A DNA stretch of 64,000 nt from Eisenibacter elegans DSM 3317 (GCF_000430505.1 NZ_AUMD01000021.1:64001-128000); one strand, 5' to 3'; positions 1-11,317 are shown, numbered from the stretch's first letter. Notes: a model not told the origin generated them from the sequence alone. Translations and numbers: made by a program.

Positions 1-2054
1 TGTTCATCAAAATCATACTGATGGATTTCGAGTAGGAGCTCGCGCAGGCGGCGGCTGCCAAATTTTTTGCTGCGGCTGCCTACTTGCCCAAATTGATCCT
101 GGAATCCATCAGAAAAAATGTAGAAGCTCGTAGGCTCAGAGAGCTGGATGGTGTGTAGGTCGAAGCTGTCTTTTTGGACATAGTTGTTGAAGCCCCCAAT
201 AATGATTGGGTCGCCCTTGATATGGTGCAGCTCATTGTTTTGGATATATACCAAGGGGTGCGAGGCACCGGCATACTGAATTTTGGGCAGACCCAGCAGG
301 CTGTAATACTCTACTGGGTAGGTATCGATAGTACAGATGGCGATATCCATGCCATCTTGGTTGCCGGTATGCTCTTGTGACAATACCCGCTGGACGCTCG
401 TCCGGAGCTCGTTCAAAATCTTATCCGGCTCGGTAATGTTGCGTATGTTGACCAATTCATGTAGAATATCATTGCCGATAAGGCTCATAAACGCACCCGG
501 GATACCGTGTCCGGTACAATCTACTGCTGCCAACACTACTTTGTATTTCTTCTGAGCAAACCAATAAAAATCGCCGCTGACAATATCGCGGGGTTGGAAA
601 AACACAAAGGAGTTGGGTAGATGTGCCTGAATGTCTTCAAGCCTGGGCAATATCGCATTTTGGATGCGTTTGGCATACTTGATACTGTCTACAATATGGA
701 CATTTTGCTCCTCTACAATCAGGTTTTTTTCTTGCACTTTTTGCGCTACCAATGTGAGTTCTTGGTTGGCATATTGAAGCTTGTCATATGCTTCATTGAT
801 TTCGGCAGTGCGTTGGCGCACGGTCTCTTCCAAGGTTTGATTGCGCAGGCGTAGCTCACGGCTAATTTCATCAATGATTTGAAAAGCATCTGAAAATCGC
901 CTAGCCAAAACAAACGATTGGATAAAGAAAAATACCAACAAGGCAGTCCAAAAAATCCACACTGATACATAGTAGGGGGCATATACTACGGTGATGAAAT
1001 CAATCACATAGGCCGAAATCAGCACTCCCAGGCCGAGGGTTGTCAGGCCGGCATAGGGGCGCTTGAAGTACCAAGCCCTACCCGAAAGCCAAAAAACATA
1101 TACAAACCCTCCCAGCAAAAACCATTGGAAATACAAAAATAGCAGGGATGAATGGCGTGTGGGCAATAGGATGGAGGCGGCAATCATCAAAACCACAGCT
1201 ACCAACACGACCTTGGCCATCCACAGCTTGGCCTCAAAGGCAAACAGCTCATGTAAGTACAACAACCCTAGATAAAAGGCCAAGCTAAAGCTGATGACCC
1301 TCAGGCTGTGTGCCGCTTCCCAAGACAACAAGGGAACAAACTCTAATAAGAGGCTCTCGCCCAAAAGCGAAAGTTGGATACCGATAGACAGACAAAGCAG
1401 GCCATAGTGCAGTGCTTGGCGCTCTATGCGGCGTTGGCTGTAGAGAATCAGGTGGTAGATACCCATGACCAAGACCGTTGTCAAAAAAAACATTTCTACC
1501 AACTGGCGTGCCCTGCGATTTTTGTCCACTACTTGGTATTCGCCTACCCAAACAGGGCGGCGGCTGCCACTAAAATAGTAATGATGGTTGGAGTATTGCA
1601 AACAAAAATCCAAGGTATCGGCACGGGGTAATAGTAGCATCTGAGGAATGCTGAATGTCGGTACTTCTGTTGCCATATCAGTAGCAGCGTGGCCTGAGCT
1701 ATGCAAAAGTTTCCCGTTGACATAGAGCCGATAGCCCCCTTGGAGATAGGGTAGGCTCAGCGCATAGGCTTCGGCTTGGTGTTTGGGCAAGATAACGCGC
1801 AAATGAAAAGTCCCCCAACGGACTCCTTGTGGTAAGCGGCCAAAACGCACAATTTTGCGTCGGTCATTGGTAGAAGCATAGGTGGTATCGAAGCGCTCAG
1901 CTACGAAGCTCCATTGGGTATTGAGGTTGGCTGCGCCTTCCGAAAGTTGGTATGCACCCGGAGGAGTATCTTTAAATTGCCCAAAGAGCATCAGCGGCAT
2001 AAAGCTCCAACAAGACAAGCTAATCAGTATCAGATAATGGTAGTAGAGCCTCAT
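1..2054 (-). CDS. 7TM-DISM sensor fused to a PP2C/SpoIIE-type serine phosphatase (SiaA-like). The C-terminus runs off the window start.
   Basis: The minus-strand reading frame is open from the ATG at 2054-2052 down to position 1, with no stop in the window, so it is absent from the ORF track. The translation begins MRLYYHYLILISL and continues with a signal peptide, a periplasmic region, about 7 predicted TM helices, a coiled coil and a PP2C-like domain (DFYWF, AVDCTGHGIPGAFMS, FYIFSDGFQDQ). Confidence 0.75.
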   Translation of the reverse strand, partial: MRLYYHYLILISLSCWSFMPLMLFGQFKDTPPGAYQLSEGAANLNTQWSFVAERFDTTYASTNDRRKIVRFGRLPQGVRWGTFHLRVILPKHQAEAYALSLPYLQGGYRLYVNGKLLHSSGHAATDMATEVPTFSIPQMLLLPRADTLDFCLQYSNHHYYFSGSRRPVWVGEYQVVDKNRRARQLVEMFFLTTVLVMGIYHLILYSQRRIERQALHYGLLCLSIGIQLSLLGESLLLEFVPLLSWEAAHSLRVISFSLAFYLGLLYLHELFAFEAKLWMAKVVLVAVVLMIAASILLPTRHSSLLFLYFQWFLLGGFVYVFWLSGRAWYFKRPYAGLTTLGLGVLISAYVIDFITVVYAPYYVSVWIFWTALLVFFFIQSFVLARRFSDAFQIIDEISRELRLRNQTLEETVRQRTAEINEAYDKLQYANQELTLVAQKVQEKNLIVEEQNVHIVDSIKYAKRIQNAILPRLEDIQAHLPNSFVFFQPRDIVSGDFYWFAQKKYKVVLAAVDCTGHGIPGAFMSLIGNDILHELVNIRNITEPDKILNELRTSVQRVLSQEHTGNQDGMDIAICTIDTYPVEYYSLLGLPKIQYAGASHPLVYIQNNELHHIKGDPIIIGGFNNYVQKDSFDLHTIQLSEPTSFYIFSDGFQDQFGQVGSRSKKFGSRRLRELLLEIHQYDFDE

Positions 2055-2317
2055 GGTAGCGGTGATTTTAGCATCAAGATAGTCAGGAGACTGTTATTTC
2101 GAAGCTCGAAATGTGATACAAGCTTCAAAATAACAGCACACCGATGGTGTAGCACGCAATATAAAGCATATTCCGTTAAAATAAAAAAACTTAATTATGT
2201 AAGGTTTTTGAGTGATTCGAACAAATCCCACACCCTGTTGGTGCTAGCAAAACACCAGCAGACAAATCAACTTGATATAACCGGCTTTGGGGCTACAGTG
2301 CAGGCCGTAGCTAAGGG

Positions 2318-3376
2318 CTAAAAATCAGGGCAGGGGTTGCCTTTGCGTACTTTGGGTTTGACTCCTCGGCGCTCAGCACTAGGGATATTCCACACCAGTG
2401 ACAGCTCGTGAGTGCCACCAGTTGCGGGACTGAGGCGCGAGATGGTCAGGTCATAACTATAACCTAACGCCAGTCCGCCAACACGCATTCCCACCAAGCC
2501 GACCAAGGCATCTTGGTTCAGCAGCGTGCCCTCGGGTGCTTTGAAGAGCAAACCTCGATACCATAGCCCAAACACAATAGGGCTGTAGGTATAGTAGAGG
2601 CCAAGGTCGAGCTGGTCAAATGCTCCTTGGTGTTTGTAGAGTAGCGTAGGGGTAAGGCTGATTTCTTTATAGCCAGGGCGGTATTTGTCGCGCCAGTTGG
2701 CAGCCTTTTCAAATACAATTTTGCGACCTACTTGTAAGGTGTAGCGAATTGGCAGGCGGTTTTGTCCTGCGCCGATAGTTTGGTTGGGGCGGGTAAGGTT
2801 ATGGGCCGAAAGGCCTATCCAGAAATACTCATCATAGACCAGCCCGCCAGCGGCAAGGTTGAAATAGCCCAAGTTGCCGTCGGGTAGGGCTTCGGCAGTA
2901 GGGTTGGCGAAATTTTGCTGATTGGCTACAAACTGATCCCCAAAGAGCAACCCGGCAAAACTGCTAGAGCGCAACACATAACTTCCTTGCATCCCGAAGC
3001 GCGCCGTCCACCGGTCGCTCATGGCCAACTCATAAGCATATTGTATCCCAATATCAGTAGATTGTACCCCGCCGCTGGCGGCGGTCATGTCTTGTGTGAT
3101 GAGCAGCCCAATGCCGCTGTTGATACGCTCTAAAAACACATCTACCCCACCCGAATAAGTAACAAAATTGGTTTCGAGGTTAGTCCACTGGTTGCGATAG
3201 TTTAGCCCCAAGCGAGTCTGATGAGTAGAACCTGCAAATGCCGGATTGGTAAAAAGAGGTGCTGCGTAATATTGTGAAAACTGCGGATCTTGGGCCTGCA
3301 AACCCTTAGGGATGAGCAGTATATTCCCCCAAATACAGGCTACTACAACAAGGAATCGGCGGAAATCAGTGTGCAT
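2318..3376 (-). CDS. Type IX secretion system membrane protein, PorP/SprF family.
   Basis: The N-terminus after the signal peptide reads AQDPQFSQYYAAPLFTNPAFAG, the hallmark start of the PorP/SprF family. The protein is about 350 aa with a beta-barrel-like composition. The start was chosen at MHTDF (3376); the ORF extends to 3424. Confidence 0.75.
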   Translation of the reverse strand: MHTDFRRFLVVVACIWGNILLIPKGLQAQDPQFSQYYAAPLFTNPAFAGSTHQTRLGLNYRNQWTNLETNFVTYSGGVDVFLERINSGIGLLITQDMTAASGGVQSTDIGIQYAYELAMSDRWTARFGMQGSYVLRSSSFAGLLFGDQFVANQQNFANPTAEALPDGNLGYFNLAAGGLVYDEYFWIGLSAHNLTRPNQTIGAGQNRLPIRYTLQVGRKIVFEKAANWRDKYRPGYKEISLTPTLLYKHQGAFDQLDLGLYYTYSPIVFGLWYRGLLFKAPEGTLLNQDALVGLVGMRVGGLALGYSYDLTISRLSPATGGTHELSLVWNIPSAERRGVKPKVRKGNPCPDF

Positions 3377-3526
3377 AAGTTGGAAAGATTTATACCAAGG
3401 TTTATTTGATTTGTAGAAAATCAATTTCCCAAACTAATTTCCATTCAGTACAAGGGCTTGGGGTATACCACCACAAACCTAGGTTTGGGAGATTATGTTG
3501 ACAATCTTTTAGTATCCTGCGGCATT

Positions 3527-4285
3527 CTATACAAAGGCCACTTCCTTGACCCCAAAGGTTTGTATAGCTCCTTCGCGCTCAATCTGCAAGCGCCCATAAG
3601 CATCTACCCCGATGATAGTCCCTTCCCATACAACATCGGTACGGAAAAGATGTTTTTGCTCCCTTCGATACAATAGGCTCAAGTAGCGCTCCCTTTGTTG
3701 GCTCGCCGCCCCTGCCTGTAGCAAAAGATATTGTTGTTCGATAGCTTTGAGGAGACGCTCCAATACTTCTTCAGTATAGGCTTGCTGACCGCTGAGCTGC
3801 TTGATAGAACCCGCATGGGGTGCTGTCGCAAAATTGGTCTGATTGACATTAAGCCCTATACCCACAATACACTGCTCAATACGGCTACCCTTCAAGCTGT
3901 TTTCAATCAACAGTCCGCACAGTTTTTGTTCCTCTACGTACAAATCATTAGGCCATTTGATATAACAAACCATTTGGGGCAAGTACTGTTGTAATACTTC
4001 TTGTAGGGCTAACGAAACAGCAATGCTGAGCTGGAATTGACTGGAGGCCTCCAAAAACTTGGGTTTCAATAAGATAGAGAAAGTCAGGTTTTGATATGGA
4101 GCCGATTCCCACCCATTACCTTGCTGGCCTCGGCCTGCTGTTTGTACAGGGGTAACGACCAAAGTCCCTTCGGGTAGGTCGGATTGGGAAGCCAACTGGC
4201 GGAGTGTACTGCTGGTTGACTGACACTCTGGCAGGACAAATCGGCGCTTCCCTACAAATAATGTGTCAAATGAGCCGTTGTTCAA
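3527..4285 (-). CDS. birA: Biotin--[acetyl-CoA-carboxylase] ligase.
   Basis: It has the GRGQQGNGW and KWPNDLY motifs of the BirA catalytic domain, is about 250 aa, and lacks an N-terminal HTH. Confidence 0.8.
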   Translation of the reverse strand: MNNGSFDTLFVGKRRFVLPECQSTSSTLRQLASQSDLPEGTLVVTPVQTAGRGQQGNGWESAPYQNLTFSILLKPKFLEASSQFQLSIAVSLALQEVLQQYLPQMVCYIKWPNDLYVEEQKLCGLLIENSLKGSRIEQCIVGIGLNVNQTNFATAPHAGSIKQLSGQQAYTEEVLERLLKAIEQQYLLLQAGAASQQRERYLSLLYRREQKHLFRTDVVWEGTIIGVDAYGRLQIEREGAIQTFGVKEVAFV

Positions 4286-4325
4286 AGAATTTTTGTAGTT
4301 TTACCCTCAAATTTAACGATAAAGA

Positions 4326-4706
4326 ATGAAACAAACCAAATTGGCAACAAATTCGAAGGAAATAGGGATGTTGGCTGCACAAGGGATGCAGGAGAAAAAG
4401 GGCAAAAATATTTTACTCTTAGACCTCACGCAGGTACATCAAGCGGTTGCCGACTATTTTGTGATTTGTTCGGGTGGCACACACAACCAAGTCGATGCCA
4501 TTGCTGATTCGGTAGAAGATGCTATCTATAAAGCTACCGGAGAGCACCCTTGGCGCAAAGAAGGCCGCCAAAATGGCGAATGGATTATCATCGACTATTC
4601 TAACGTGGTGGTACATGTGTTCCGAAGCGACCGCCGCGCTTTCTATGCCTTAGAAGACCTTTGGGGTGACGCTCGCATCACAGCCATCGAGTCAGAAAAA
4701 GACTAA
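4326..4706 (+). CDS. rsfS: Ribosome silencing factor RsfS (Iojap-like).
   Basis: It is a 126-aa protein with DYFVICSG, VVHVF and LEDLWGD, which matches the RsfS/Iojap pattern. Confidence 0.75.
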   Translation: MKQTKLATNSKEIGMLAAQGMQEKKGKNILLLDLTQVHQAVADYFVICSGGTHNQVDAIADSVEDAIYKATGEHPWRKEGRQNGEWIIIDYSNVVVHVFRSDRRAFYALEDLWGDARITAIESEKD

Positions 4707-4766
4707 ACCGAACAAACCCGACCTCGAATTTGTTTTGAATACTCTAACGACCTGTATTAGCATAAA

Positions 4767-6797
4767 ATGAGCAATAATAAGAAAAAACTACCCGTTCCCC
4801 CACCGCGTGGAGGGGGCTACCAGCTTTGGATTATCGTAAGCATTGTCGTAGTCATTATCGGGGTTACCTACTTTAGTAAAAGTGGAGCAGCCGTAGAAAT
4901 TACAGAGCGCGAATTTCACAAGATGTTGGCCACTGAGAAAATCCAAGAGGTGGTCGTCTACAACCGCGAAGAAGTAGAGGTTACACTCAAGCCGGCTGCC
5001 CTGCCCGAATACGAATCGCGCCTTACGATGCAGCGCTCGCCTTTCCCCACAGAGCGAGGTCCACATTTCAAGTTCCGGATTATTTCCCCAGATAATTTCT
5101 CTGACCGCTTCGTAAAAGTACAGGCTGAGGCCGGAATCCCCGAAGACAAACGCATTGGCTTCCGCTCCGAACGCCGCTCTGATATCGGGCTACAACTGCT
5201 CAACTGGGCATTGTTGATTTCGATGATTGTTGTAGTCTGGATTATTATGCGCCGGATGTCAGGTGCAGGTGGACCCGGAGGGCAGATTTTCAACATCGGC
5301 AAATCTCGGGCAACACTTTTTGATGCCGAAAACCGCGTCAAAATCACTTTCAATGATGTCGCCGGGTTGGATGAGGCCAAGGAAGAGGTTCAAGAAGTAG
5401 TAGACTTTTTGCGTAGCCCCGAAAAATACCGCGACCTAGGGGGCAAAATCCCCAAAGGGGTACTCCTTGTAGGCCCTCCGGGCACAGGCAAAACCCTATT
5501 GGCCAAGGCTGTAGCCGGCGAAGCCAATGTCCCTTTCTTTTCGCTCTCAGGCTCTGACTTTGTGGAGATGTTTGTAGGAGTGGGTGCGGCTCGCGTCAGA
5601 GACTTGTTCAAACAAGCCAAAGAGAAAGCGCCTTGTATTGTATTCATCGATGAGATTGATGCCATCGGGCGATCTCGTGGGCGTGGCGCAATGCCCGGTG
5701 CCAATGATGAGCGCGAAAATACACTCAACTCTCTCTTGGTAGAAATGGATGGATTCTCGACCGACACCGGCGTAATCATCCTAGCAGCTACCAACCGCCC
5801 TGATGTACTCGACTCTGCCCTGATGCGTCCAGGACGCTTCGACCGCCAAATCAGCATTGATAAGCCCGATATCGTAGGACGCGAGGCCATCTTCAAGGTA
5901 CACCTCAAGCCTTTGCGTAAGTCCGAAGGCGTAGATGCTAAGAAATTAGCTGCCCAAACCCCTGGGTTTGCCGGTGCCGAAATCGCCAACGTATGTAACG
6001 AGGCTGCCCTCATAGCCGCCCGACGCGACAAAAAGGCCATCGATATGCAAGATTTCCAAGATGCCATCGACCGTGTGATTGGAGGATTGGAGAAGAAGAA
6101 CAAGCTCATCTTGCCCGAAGAGAAACGTACCGTAGCCTATCACGAGGCAGGCCACGCTGTCGCCGGATGGTTCTTAGAACACGCAGACCCCTTGGTCAAG
6201 GTCAGTATTGTACCCCGTGGGGTAGCCGCCTTGGGATATGCCCAATACCTCCCCCGCGAGCAGTTCCTCTATACCACAGAGCAACTCTTGGACGAAATGT
6301 GTATGACTCTTGGCGGACGCGCTGCCGAAGACATTGTGTTTGGGAAAATCTCCACCGGTGCACTCAGCGACTTGGAGCGCATTACCAAAATGGCCTATAG
6401 TATGGTCTCTATCTATGGAATGAACGATAAGATAGGCAATGTGTCGTTTTATGACTCCAAACAATCGGACTACTCGTTCAACAAACCATACTCTGATGCG
6501 ACGGCTCAAACCATCGACGAAGAGGTACGCAAATTGATAGATACGGCCTATGAGCGCACTAAGGCGCTCCTGACCCAGCACCGCGAGGCGCTCGAAAAGG
6601 TAGCTCAAGAGCTGCTCTCCAAGGAGATACTATTCCAAACAGATTTGGAAAACCTCATTGGCAAACGCCCCTTTGACCGCCAGACTACCTATCAGGCTTA
6701 CACCAATGCGGCTAGCCCTGAGGCCGAAGCCGCTGCGCCTGCTAACGAAGTTACGGCCACACAGGAAGCCCCCTCAGACAACGAAAACGCTGCCTGA
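4767..6797 (+). CDS. ftsH: ATP-dependent zinc metalloprotease FtsH.
   Basis: It has an N-terminal TM segment, Walker A GPPGTGKT, an AAA domain, an SRH region, and the HEAGHA zinc-binding motif. Length is 676 aa. Confidence 0.95.
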   Translation: MSNNKKKLPVPPPRGGGYQLWIIVSIVVVIIGVTYFSKSGAAVEITEREFHKMLATEKIQEVVVYNREEVEVTLKPAALPEYESRLTMQRSPFPTERGPHFKFRIISPDNFSDRFVKVQAEAGIPEDKRIGFRSERRSDIGLQLLNWALLISMIVVVWIIMRRMSGAGGPGGQIFNIGKSRATLFDAENRVKITFNDVAGLDEAKEEVQEVVDFLRSPEKYRDLGGKIPKGVLLVGPPGTGKTLLAKAVAGEANVPFFSLSGSDFVEMFVGVGAARVRDLFKQAKEKAPCIVFIDEIDAIGRSRGRGAMPGANDERENTLNSLLVEMDGFSTDTGVIILAATNRPDVLDSALMRPGRFDRQISIDKPDIVGREAIFKVHLKPLRKSEGVDAKKLAAQTPGFAGAEIANVCNEAALIAARRDKKAIDMQDFQDAIDRVIGGLEKKNKLILPEEKRTVAYHEAGHAVAGWFLEHADPLVKVSIVPRGVAALGYAQYLPREQFLYTTEQLLDEMCMTLGGRAAEDIVFGKISTGALSDLERITKMAYSMVSIYGMNDKIGNVSFYDSKQSDYSFNKPYSDATAQTIDEEVRKLIDTAYERTKALLTQHREALEKVAQELLSKEILFQTDLENLIGKRPFDRQTTYQAYTNAASPEAEAAAPANEVTATQEAPSDNENAA

Positions 6798-7438
6798 TGA
6801 GCCAAAATAGTCGCGAACAGATATTGCGCAATATCCAACAAGCGCTACAGAAACCAACCGAGAAGCCGATGCCTAAGCCCGACTTCTCGGCTTCGGTATA
6901 TATCCCCCCTGTGTCGCCGTATTTGGATGTCGCTTTTGCCGAAAATTTTAAGAAGAACAAAAGCACTTTCTTCTTTTGTCAAAGCATCGAAGAAGCCCTG
7001 CTGACACTCAAACGCTACTTGCAAGAAAAGGCTTATGAACACGTGTTTGTATGGGAAGAATATTTGCAAAAACTGATGGATGTGGCACAATTGCCCTACC
7101 AAAAAGACGAAGCGCTGCTATTGCAGTCTGAAGTAAGCATCACACTTTGCGAAGCCCTAGCCGCCCGCACAGGCAGCATCTTGGTCTCCTCTCGCCAGCA
7201 GGCAGGGCGGCGGCTGAGTATCTATCCTCCGGCACATATTGTGGTGGCGTTTACTTCCCAAATCCAACCCGACCTCAAAGAAGCGCTGACCTTCGTACAG
7301 GAACAATATACTCCCAACTTCCCCTCGATGCTTTCGGTCATCAGTGGGCCCAGCCAAACGGCAGACATTGAAAAAACCTTGGTATTGGGCGCACACGGCC
7401 CCAAAGAACTGACACTCTTTCTCATTGATGAGTCCTGA
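6797..7438 (+). CDS. LUD-domain protein (LutC/YkgG family).
   Basis: This is a 213-aa protein whose pattern matches the LUD/DUF162 domain. Its start overlaps the ftsH stop (ATGA). Confidence 0.55.
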   Translation: MSQNSREQILRNIQQALQKPTEKPMPKPDFSASVYIPPVSPYLDVAFAENFKKNKSTFFFCQSIEEALLTLKRYLQEKAYEHVFVWEEYLQKLMDVAQLPYQKDEALLLQSEVSITLCEALAARTGSILVSSRQQAGRRLSIYPPAHIVVAFTSQIQPDLKEALTFVQEQYTPNFPSMLSVISGPSQTADIEKTLVLGAHGPKELTLFLIDES

Positions 7439-7478
7439 TATCTCGCTCCAATCTTTTTTAGCGCCGCATTTTCCGAAG

Positions 7479-8249
7479 ATGAATACCGGAAAGCGGCTTT
7501 TTTTTGCCTCTGACTTCCACTTGGGCGCACCTAATGCGGATAAAAGCCGCCGCCGCGAGTTGGATATTATCGATTGGTTGGAGCAAATCCGCCCCGAAGC
7601 TGCTGCTATTGTGTTGGTGGGAGATATTTTTGATTTTTGGTACGAATACCGCCACGTTATCCCTAAAGGCTTTGTGCGCTTCCAAGGGAAACTGGCCGAG
7701 TTGAGTGATGCCGGAATCCCCATCGCTTTTTTTACTGGCAACCACGATATGTGGATGCAACGCTACTTCTGGGAGGAACTGGGCATACCCGTTTATCGTC
7801 AGCCACAAAGCCTCCATATCGCCAACCAAAAACTATACATCGGCCACGGCGACGGCTTAGGGCCGGGCGACTATACCTACAAGTTGCTCAAAAGGGTATT
7901 TGAAAACCGATTGGCACGATGGCTCTTTTCGCGGCTTGTACATCCCGACTGGGGAGTGGGCTTGGCCCTCTTTTGGTCGAGAAGCAGCCGCGCCCGAAAT
8001 CAGAAAAAAGGAGAAGAGCAATTTATGGGCGAAAAAGAATGGCTCTGGCAGTATTGCCGCAGCTTAGAACAAACCAACCCCCACGATTGGTACATCTTCG
8101 GGCATCGGCACTTGCCCCTTGACTTGCCCGTAGGCACACAAAGCCGCTATATCAACTTGGGCGAATGGCTGCACCATTATACCTATGCTAGCTATGACGG
8201 CCAACAAGTACATTTGCAGACTTTTGAACCCGTGTCAGTAGCCTCTTAA
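7479..8249 (+). CDS. Calcineurin-like metallophosphoesterase, LpxH-like UDP-2,3-diacylglucosamine diphosphatase.
   Basis: The motifs are FASDFHLG, VGDIFDFW, GNHDMW and GHGDGLG. The ORF track starts at 7425; MNTGKR at 7479 was preferred as the start. Confidence 0.6.
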   Translation: MNTGKRLFFASDFHLGAPNADKSRRRELDIIDWLEQIRPEAAAIVLVGDIFDFWYEYRHVIPKGFVRFQGKLAELSDAGIPIAFFTGNHDMWMQRYFWEELGIPVYRQPQSLHIANQKLYIGHGDGLGPGDYTYKLLKRVFENRLARWLFSRLVHPDWGVGLALFWSRSSRARNQKKGEEQFMGEKEWLWQYCRSLEQTNPHDWYIFGHRHLPLDLPVGTQSRYINLGEWLHHYTYASYDGQQVHLQTFEPVSVAS

Positions 8250-8303
8250 ATCTCTGAAAATCAGTGATATTTTACTTGGAAAGTAGATGCGCTCAAAACC
8301 ATT

Positions 8304-8358
8304 GAGCCTCAAGAAAATCAAATCCAGCAAACCCGCCAATCAGGTAAATCTTGGGATA
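8304..8358 (+). repeat. Family-A intergenic repeat, partial copy (second half).
   Basis: The sequence gagcctcaagaaaatcaaatc...aatcaggtaaatcttgggatat matches the consensus tccttgagaatcaagaaaatcaaatctt.tgaatcttggtataa. Confidence 0.5.
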
Positions 8359-8542
8359 TCATACTTTTTTTGACCGCTCGCTCAAAAAGTACAGCCCAAG
8401 GGTTTTGAATGACCTTATTTTTGCATAAATTCGCTGGTAGTTTAAGTTTCGTTTTGCTTGTTGGCGCTAAAACCGCATAACGTTTTGGCAATCAATACTT
8501 AACACACATCAGTACTTAGTGTAAATCTAAACTCTCAAGTAT

Positions 8543-9829
8543 ATGTCTAAATTTGCTGAACTCACCTTAGACGGGAAAACATACCAATTGCCAGTAATTG
8601 TAGGTACTGAGGGAGAGCACGCCATCGATATCACCAAGCTTCGTGATATGACAGGCTATATCACCCTAGATACAGGCTACAAAAACACAGGCTCTACTAC
8701 AAGTGCCGTTACGTTCTTGGACGGAGAACAAGGAATCCTGCACTACCGTGGCTACCCTATCGAGCAATTAGCCGAGAAATCTACATTTTTGGAAGTAGCT
8801 TACCTCTTGATTCACGGGGAGCTACCTACGAAGGAGCAGTTTGAAGTGTTTGAACGCGGCATCCGTCGCCGTACCTTGGTCAATGAGGATATGCGCAAAA
8901 TTTTTGACGGCTTCCCTGTCAATGCACACCCGATGGGCGTAATGGCTGCTCTGGCTTCTGCCTTGGCTACTTTCTACCCTGGCGCGATTGACCCTAACCT
9001 CGACCCTGATGCCATCAACTTACGTATCGCCCGCCTGATTGCCAAAATGCCAACACTGGCCGCTTGGGCGTACAAAAACTCTAACGGACACCCCGTAAAC
9101 TATCCGCAGAACAAGTTCAACTACATCGAGAACTTCTTGTATATGATGTTCAGCCTGCCGGTAGAAGAGTATACCCCAGACCCAGTGGTGGTAGATGCGC
9201 TAGACAAGCTGCTGATCCTGCATGCCGATCACGAGCAAAACTGCTCTGCTTCAACAGTACGCTTGGTAGGTTCTTCACAAGTAAGCTTGTACTCTGCCGT
9301 ATCAGGTGGTATCAGCTCACTATGGGGCCCTCTACACGGCGGAGCTAACCAAGAGGTGCTCGAAATGTTGGAGGCCATTCACCAAGATGGTGGCAACGTA
9401 GATAAGTTTATCGAAAAGGCCAAAGACAAAAATAGCGGCTTCCGCCTAATGGGCTTCGGACACCGTGTGTACAAAAACTTCGACCCCCGCGCCAAAATCA
9501 TCAAAGTAGCCTGCGACAATGTATTGAACAAGCTAGGAGTAAATGATCCCTTGCTCGAAATTGCTAAAAAACTCGAAGAGCGCGCCCTCAATGACCCCTA
9601 CTTCGTAGAGAAAAAGCTTTATCCGAACGTAGACTTCTATTCAGGCATTATCTACAAAGCCATTGGTATTCCGACCAATATGTTTACGGTAATGTTTGCG
9701 CTTGGCCGCCTACCAGGCTGGATTGCGCAGTGGCTCGAAATGCGCACTGACAAGCAGCCTATCGGTCGCCCTCGTCAGATTTACACTGGGCATACCAAGC
9801 GTGATTATGTTCCGATGGAGCAACGCTAG
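8543..9829 (+). CDS. gltA: Citrate synthase.
   Basis: It carries the GFGHRVYKNFDPRA signature. At 428 aa it is a full-length type II citrate synthase. Confidence 0.95.
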   Translation: MSKFAELTLDGKTYQLPVIVGTEGEHAIDITKLRDMTGYITLDTGYKNTGSTTSAVTFLDGEQGILHYRGYPIEQLAEKSTFLEVAYLLIHGELPTKEQFEVFERGIRRRTLVNEDMRKIFDGFPVNAHPMGVMAALASALATFYPGAIDPNLDPDAINLRIARLIAKMPTLAAWAYKNSNGHPVNYPQNKFNYIENFLYMMFSLPVEEYTPDPVVVDALDKLLILHADHEQNCSASTVRLVGSSQVSLYSAVSGGISSLWGPLHGGANQEVLEMLEAIHQDGGNVDKFIEKAKDKNSGFRLMGFGHRVYKNFDPRAKIIKVACDNVLNKLGVNDPLLEIAKKLEERALNDPYFVEKKLYPNVDFYSGIIYKAIGIPTNMFTVMFALGRLPGWIAQWLEMRTDKQPIGRPRQIYTGHTKRDYVPMEQR

Positions 9830-9857
9830 TTGTCTGATACATTAATTTTTCCCGTAC

Positions 9858-9896
9858 AAACCGCCCCGCAAGCTTTTGCGCCGGCGGTTTTTTTCT
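9858..9896 (+). terminator. Rho-independent terminator after gltA.
   Basis: The hairpin is aaaccgcc(ccgcaagcttttgcgcc)ggcggttt followed by a T-run (ttttct). Confidence 0.6.
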
Positions 9897-10209
9897 AAAA
9901 TAGCTATACCAAAACCAGACTCAATAGGCCATAATGGTACACATTGGACATATTGACACAAAAATTTCACTCTAGCAAGCTTTTTGTACAAATAGAATAG
10001 GTATGTGTGCCTATTTTATTTTTTTGATAGATATTTTTGAAGTTATCCAAGAAATTCGCTCAAAACCAAAGCTCGGCTAGCTGAGTAATTTGCTGTATTT
10101 TGACTCAAAATCTTTGCATCTATTGGAGATTTACGTATTTTCGCCATTGATTACCACACGAGAACTAATCGTTAAACCCTCTTAAATTTCAATTACACAC
10201 TACATTGCT

Positions 10210-11031
10210 ATGAAAAAACTACTATTTGCAGCAGCCCTCTTCTTCGCTACTTCAGCCACTGTATGGGCGCAAGGCATCGAACTAGGCATCCGCGCTGGCG
10301 GTACTTTTACCAGCGGCAGAACTGAGCTGCCAGCCGCTCAAGGAGTTCAGGTACTGGCTCCTAACCCACTTCCTTTTGGTATCCCCGCACTTAATAACAG
10401 TGGTAATGGGGCAGGCACTGGTTTTGTAGCCGGTGTTTATGGACGTTTAACACTCCCCTTGGGTTTCTTTGTTCAGGCTGAGGTGGACTATGTAAGAATC
10501 CAATTAAACCAAAAAGTAGATGCGCCTTTTGCGTTTACCACTGTCGTACCTGTACAGGGTGTAGGCAATGTAGCCAGTGAAATTCGATTTGCAGGAGTAG
10601 AATCTACTACTAATGCAGCCGGTTTCAATATTCCTTTGCACTTCGGTAAAAGCTTTGCCGGTGGATTGGTACGTGCCTACTTAGGCCCTAATTTTCTGTT
10701 TTTGAGCAGCGCGGAGCAAAAAGCAGATTATGAATATGTTGGAGCTACTGGTGCTCTAGCTGCCCAAAATAATCAATTACAATTAGCTTTTAGCGAAACT
10801 CGTACAGACGATCTTACACAACCTACATTGGACCCCAACCGTCAGGTCTTGAGCTTCATCGTAGGCGTTGAGGTAGGTGTAGGTGTCAACTTACCTGTAG
10901 GTGGTTTGGGTGTAGACTTGCGCTATAGCGTGCCAGCCATCACGGGTGTATACGAAAACAAAGACATCAAAGGCTTCTTGGGCATCACATCGCTCACTGT
11001 AAGCAAGCGTCTTTTCAAGCTTGGTATGTAA
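10210..11031 (+). CDS. Outer-membrane beta-barrel protein, hypothetical.
   Basis: It has the signal peptide MKKLLFAAALFFATSATVWAQ, alternating-hydrophobic beta-strand composition, and an aromatic C-terminal region. Confidence 0.5.
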   Translation: MKKLLFAAALFFATSATVWAQGIELGIRAGGTFTSGRTELPAAQGVQVLAPNPLPFGIPALNNSGNGAGTGFVAGVYGRLTLPLGFFVQAEVDYVRIQLNQKVDAPFAFTTVVPVQGVGNVASEIRFAGVESTTNAAGFNIPLHFGKSFAGGLVRAYLGPNFLFLSSAEQKADYEYVGATGALAAQNNQLQLAFSETRTDDLTQPTLDPNRQVLSFIVGVEVGVGVNLPVGGLGVDLRYSVPAITGVYENKDIKGFLGITSLTVSKRLFKLGM

Positions 11032-11067
11032 GCGAGCGATAACGCTAGTAATACAAACAACCATACA

Positions 11068-11096
11068 AAGCACCCCTTGGGGGTGCTTTGTTGCGT
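11068..11096 (+). terminator. Putative rho-independent terminator.
   Basis: The hairpin is aagcacccc ttg ggggtgctt followed by tgttgcgtt. Confidence 0.45.
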
Positions 11097-11317
11097 TAAA
11101 AAAATAGTAACAAAAACGTGCCAAATCAGTTCAAAGACAAAGAAGCGTAGGCTTATGGAGGAAACACTCAAAAAAAGCCTTCGAGGTATTGTTTGAACGC
11201 GGAGTTTTTTATCTTTGGTAAAAATAAATTTGCAAGGTTTTAGCGGGAAGGTATCGATAGGTGGCCGCATCGCCCGCAAAGCTATGCTAAACCTACACCC
11301 ATTAAATAGATAGCACT

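Noticed and set aside
1914-2321. A 135-aa plus-strand ORF bridging the PP2C gene start and the PorP gene end.
   Set aside because: It overlaps the N-terminus of the 7TM-DISM-PP2C gene on the other strand and shows no conserved features.
4788-6608. Several 65-240 aa ORFs antisense or out of frame within ftsH (4788-5066, 4958-5380, 5390-6109, 5946-6155, 6174-6608).
   Set aside because: They are fully overlapped by a high-confidence conserved gene. Their translations are low-complexity (Ser/Arg/Ala-rich) and typical of shadow ORFs.
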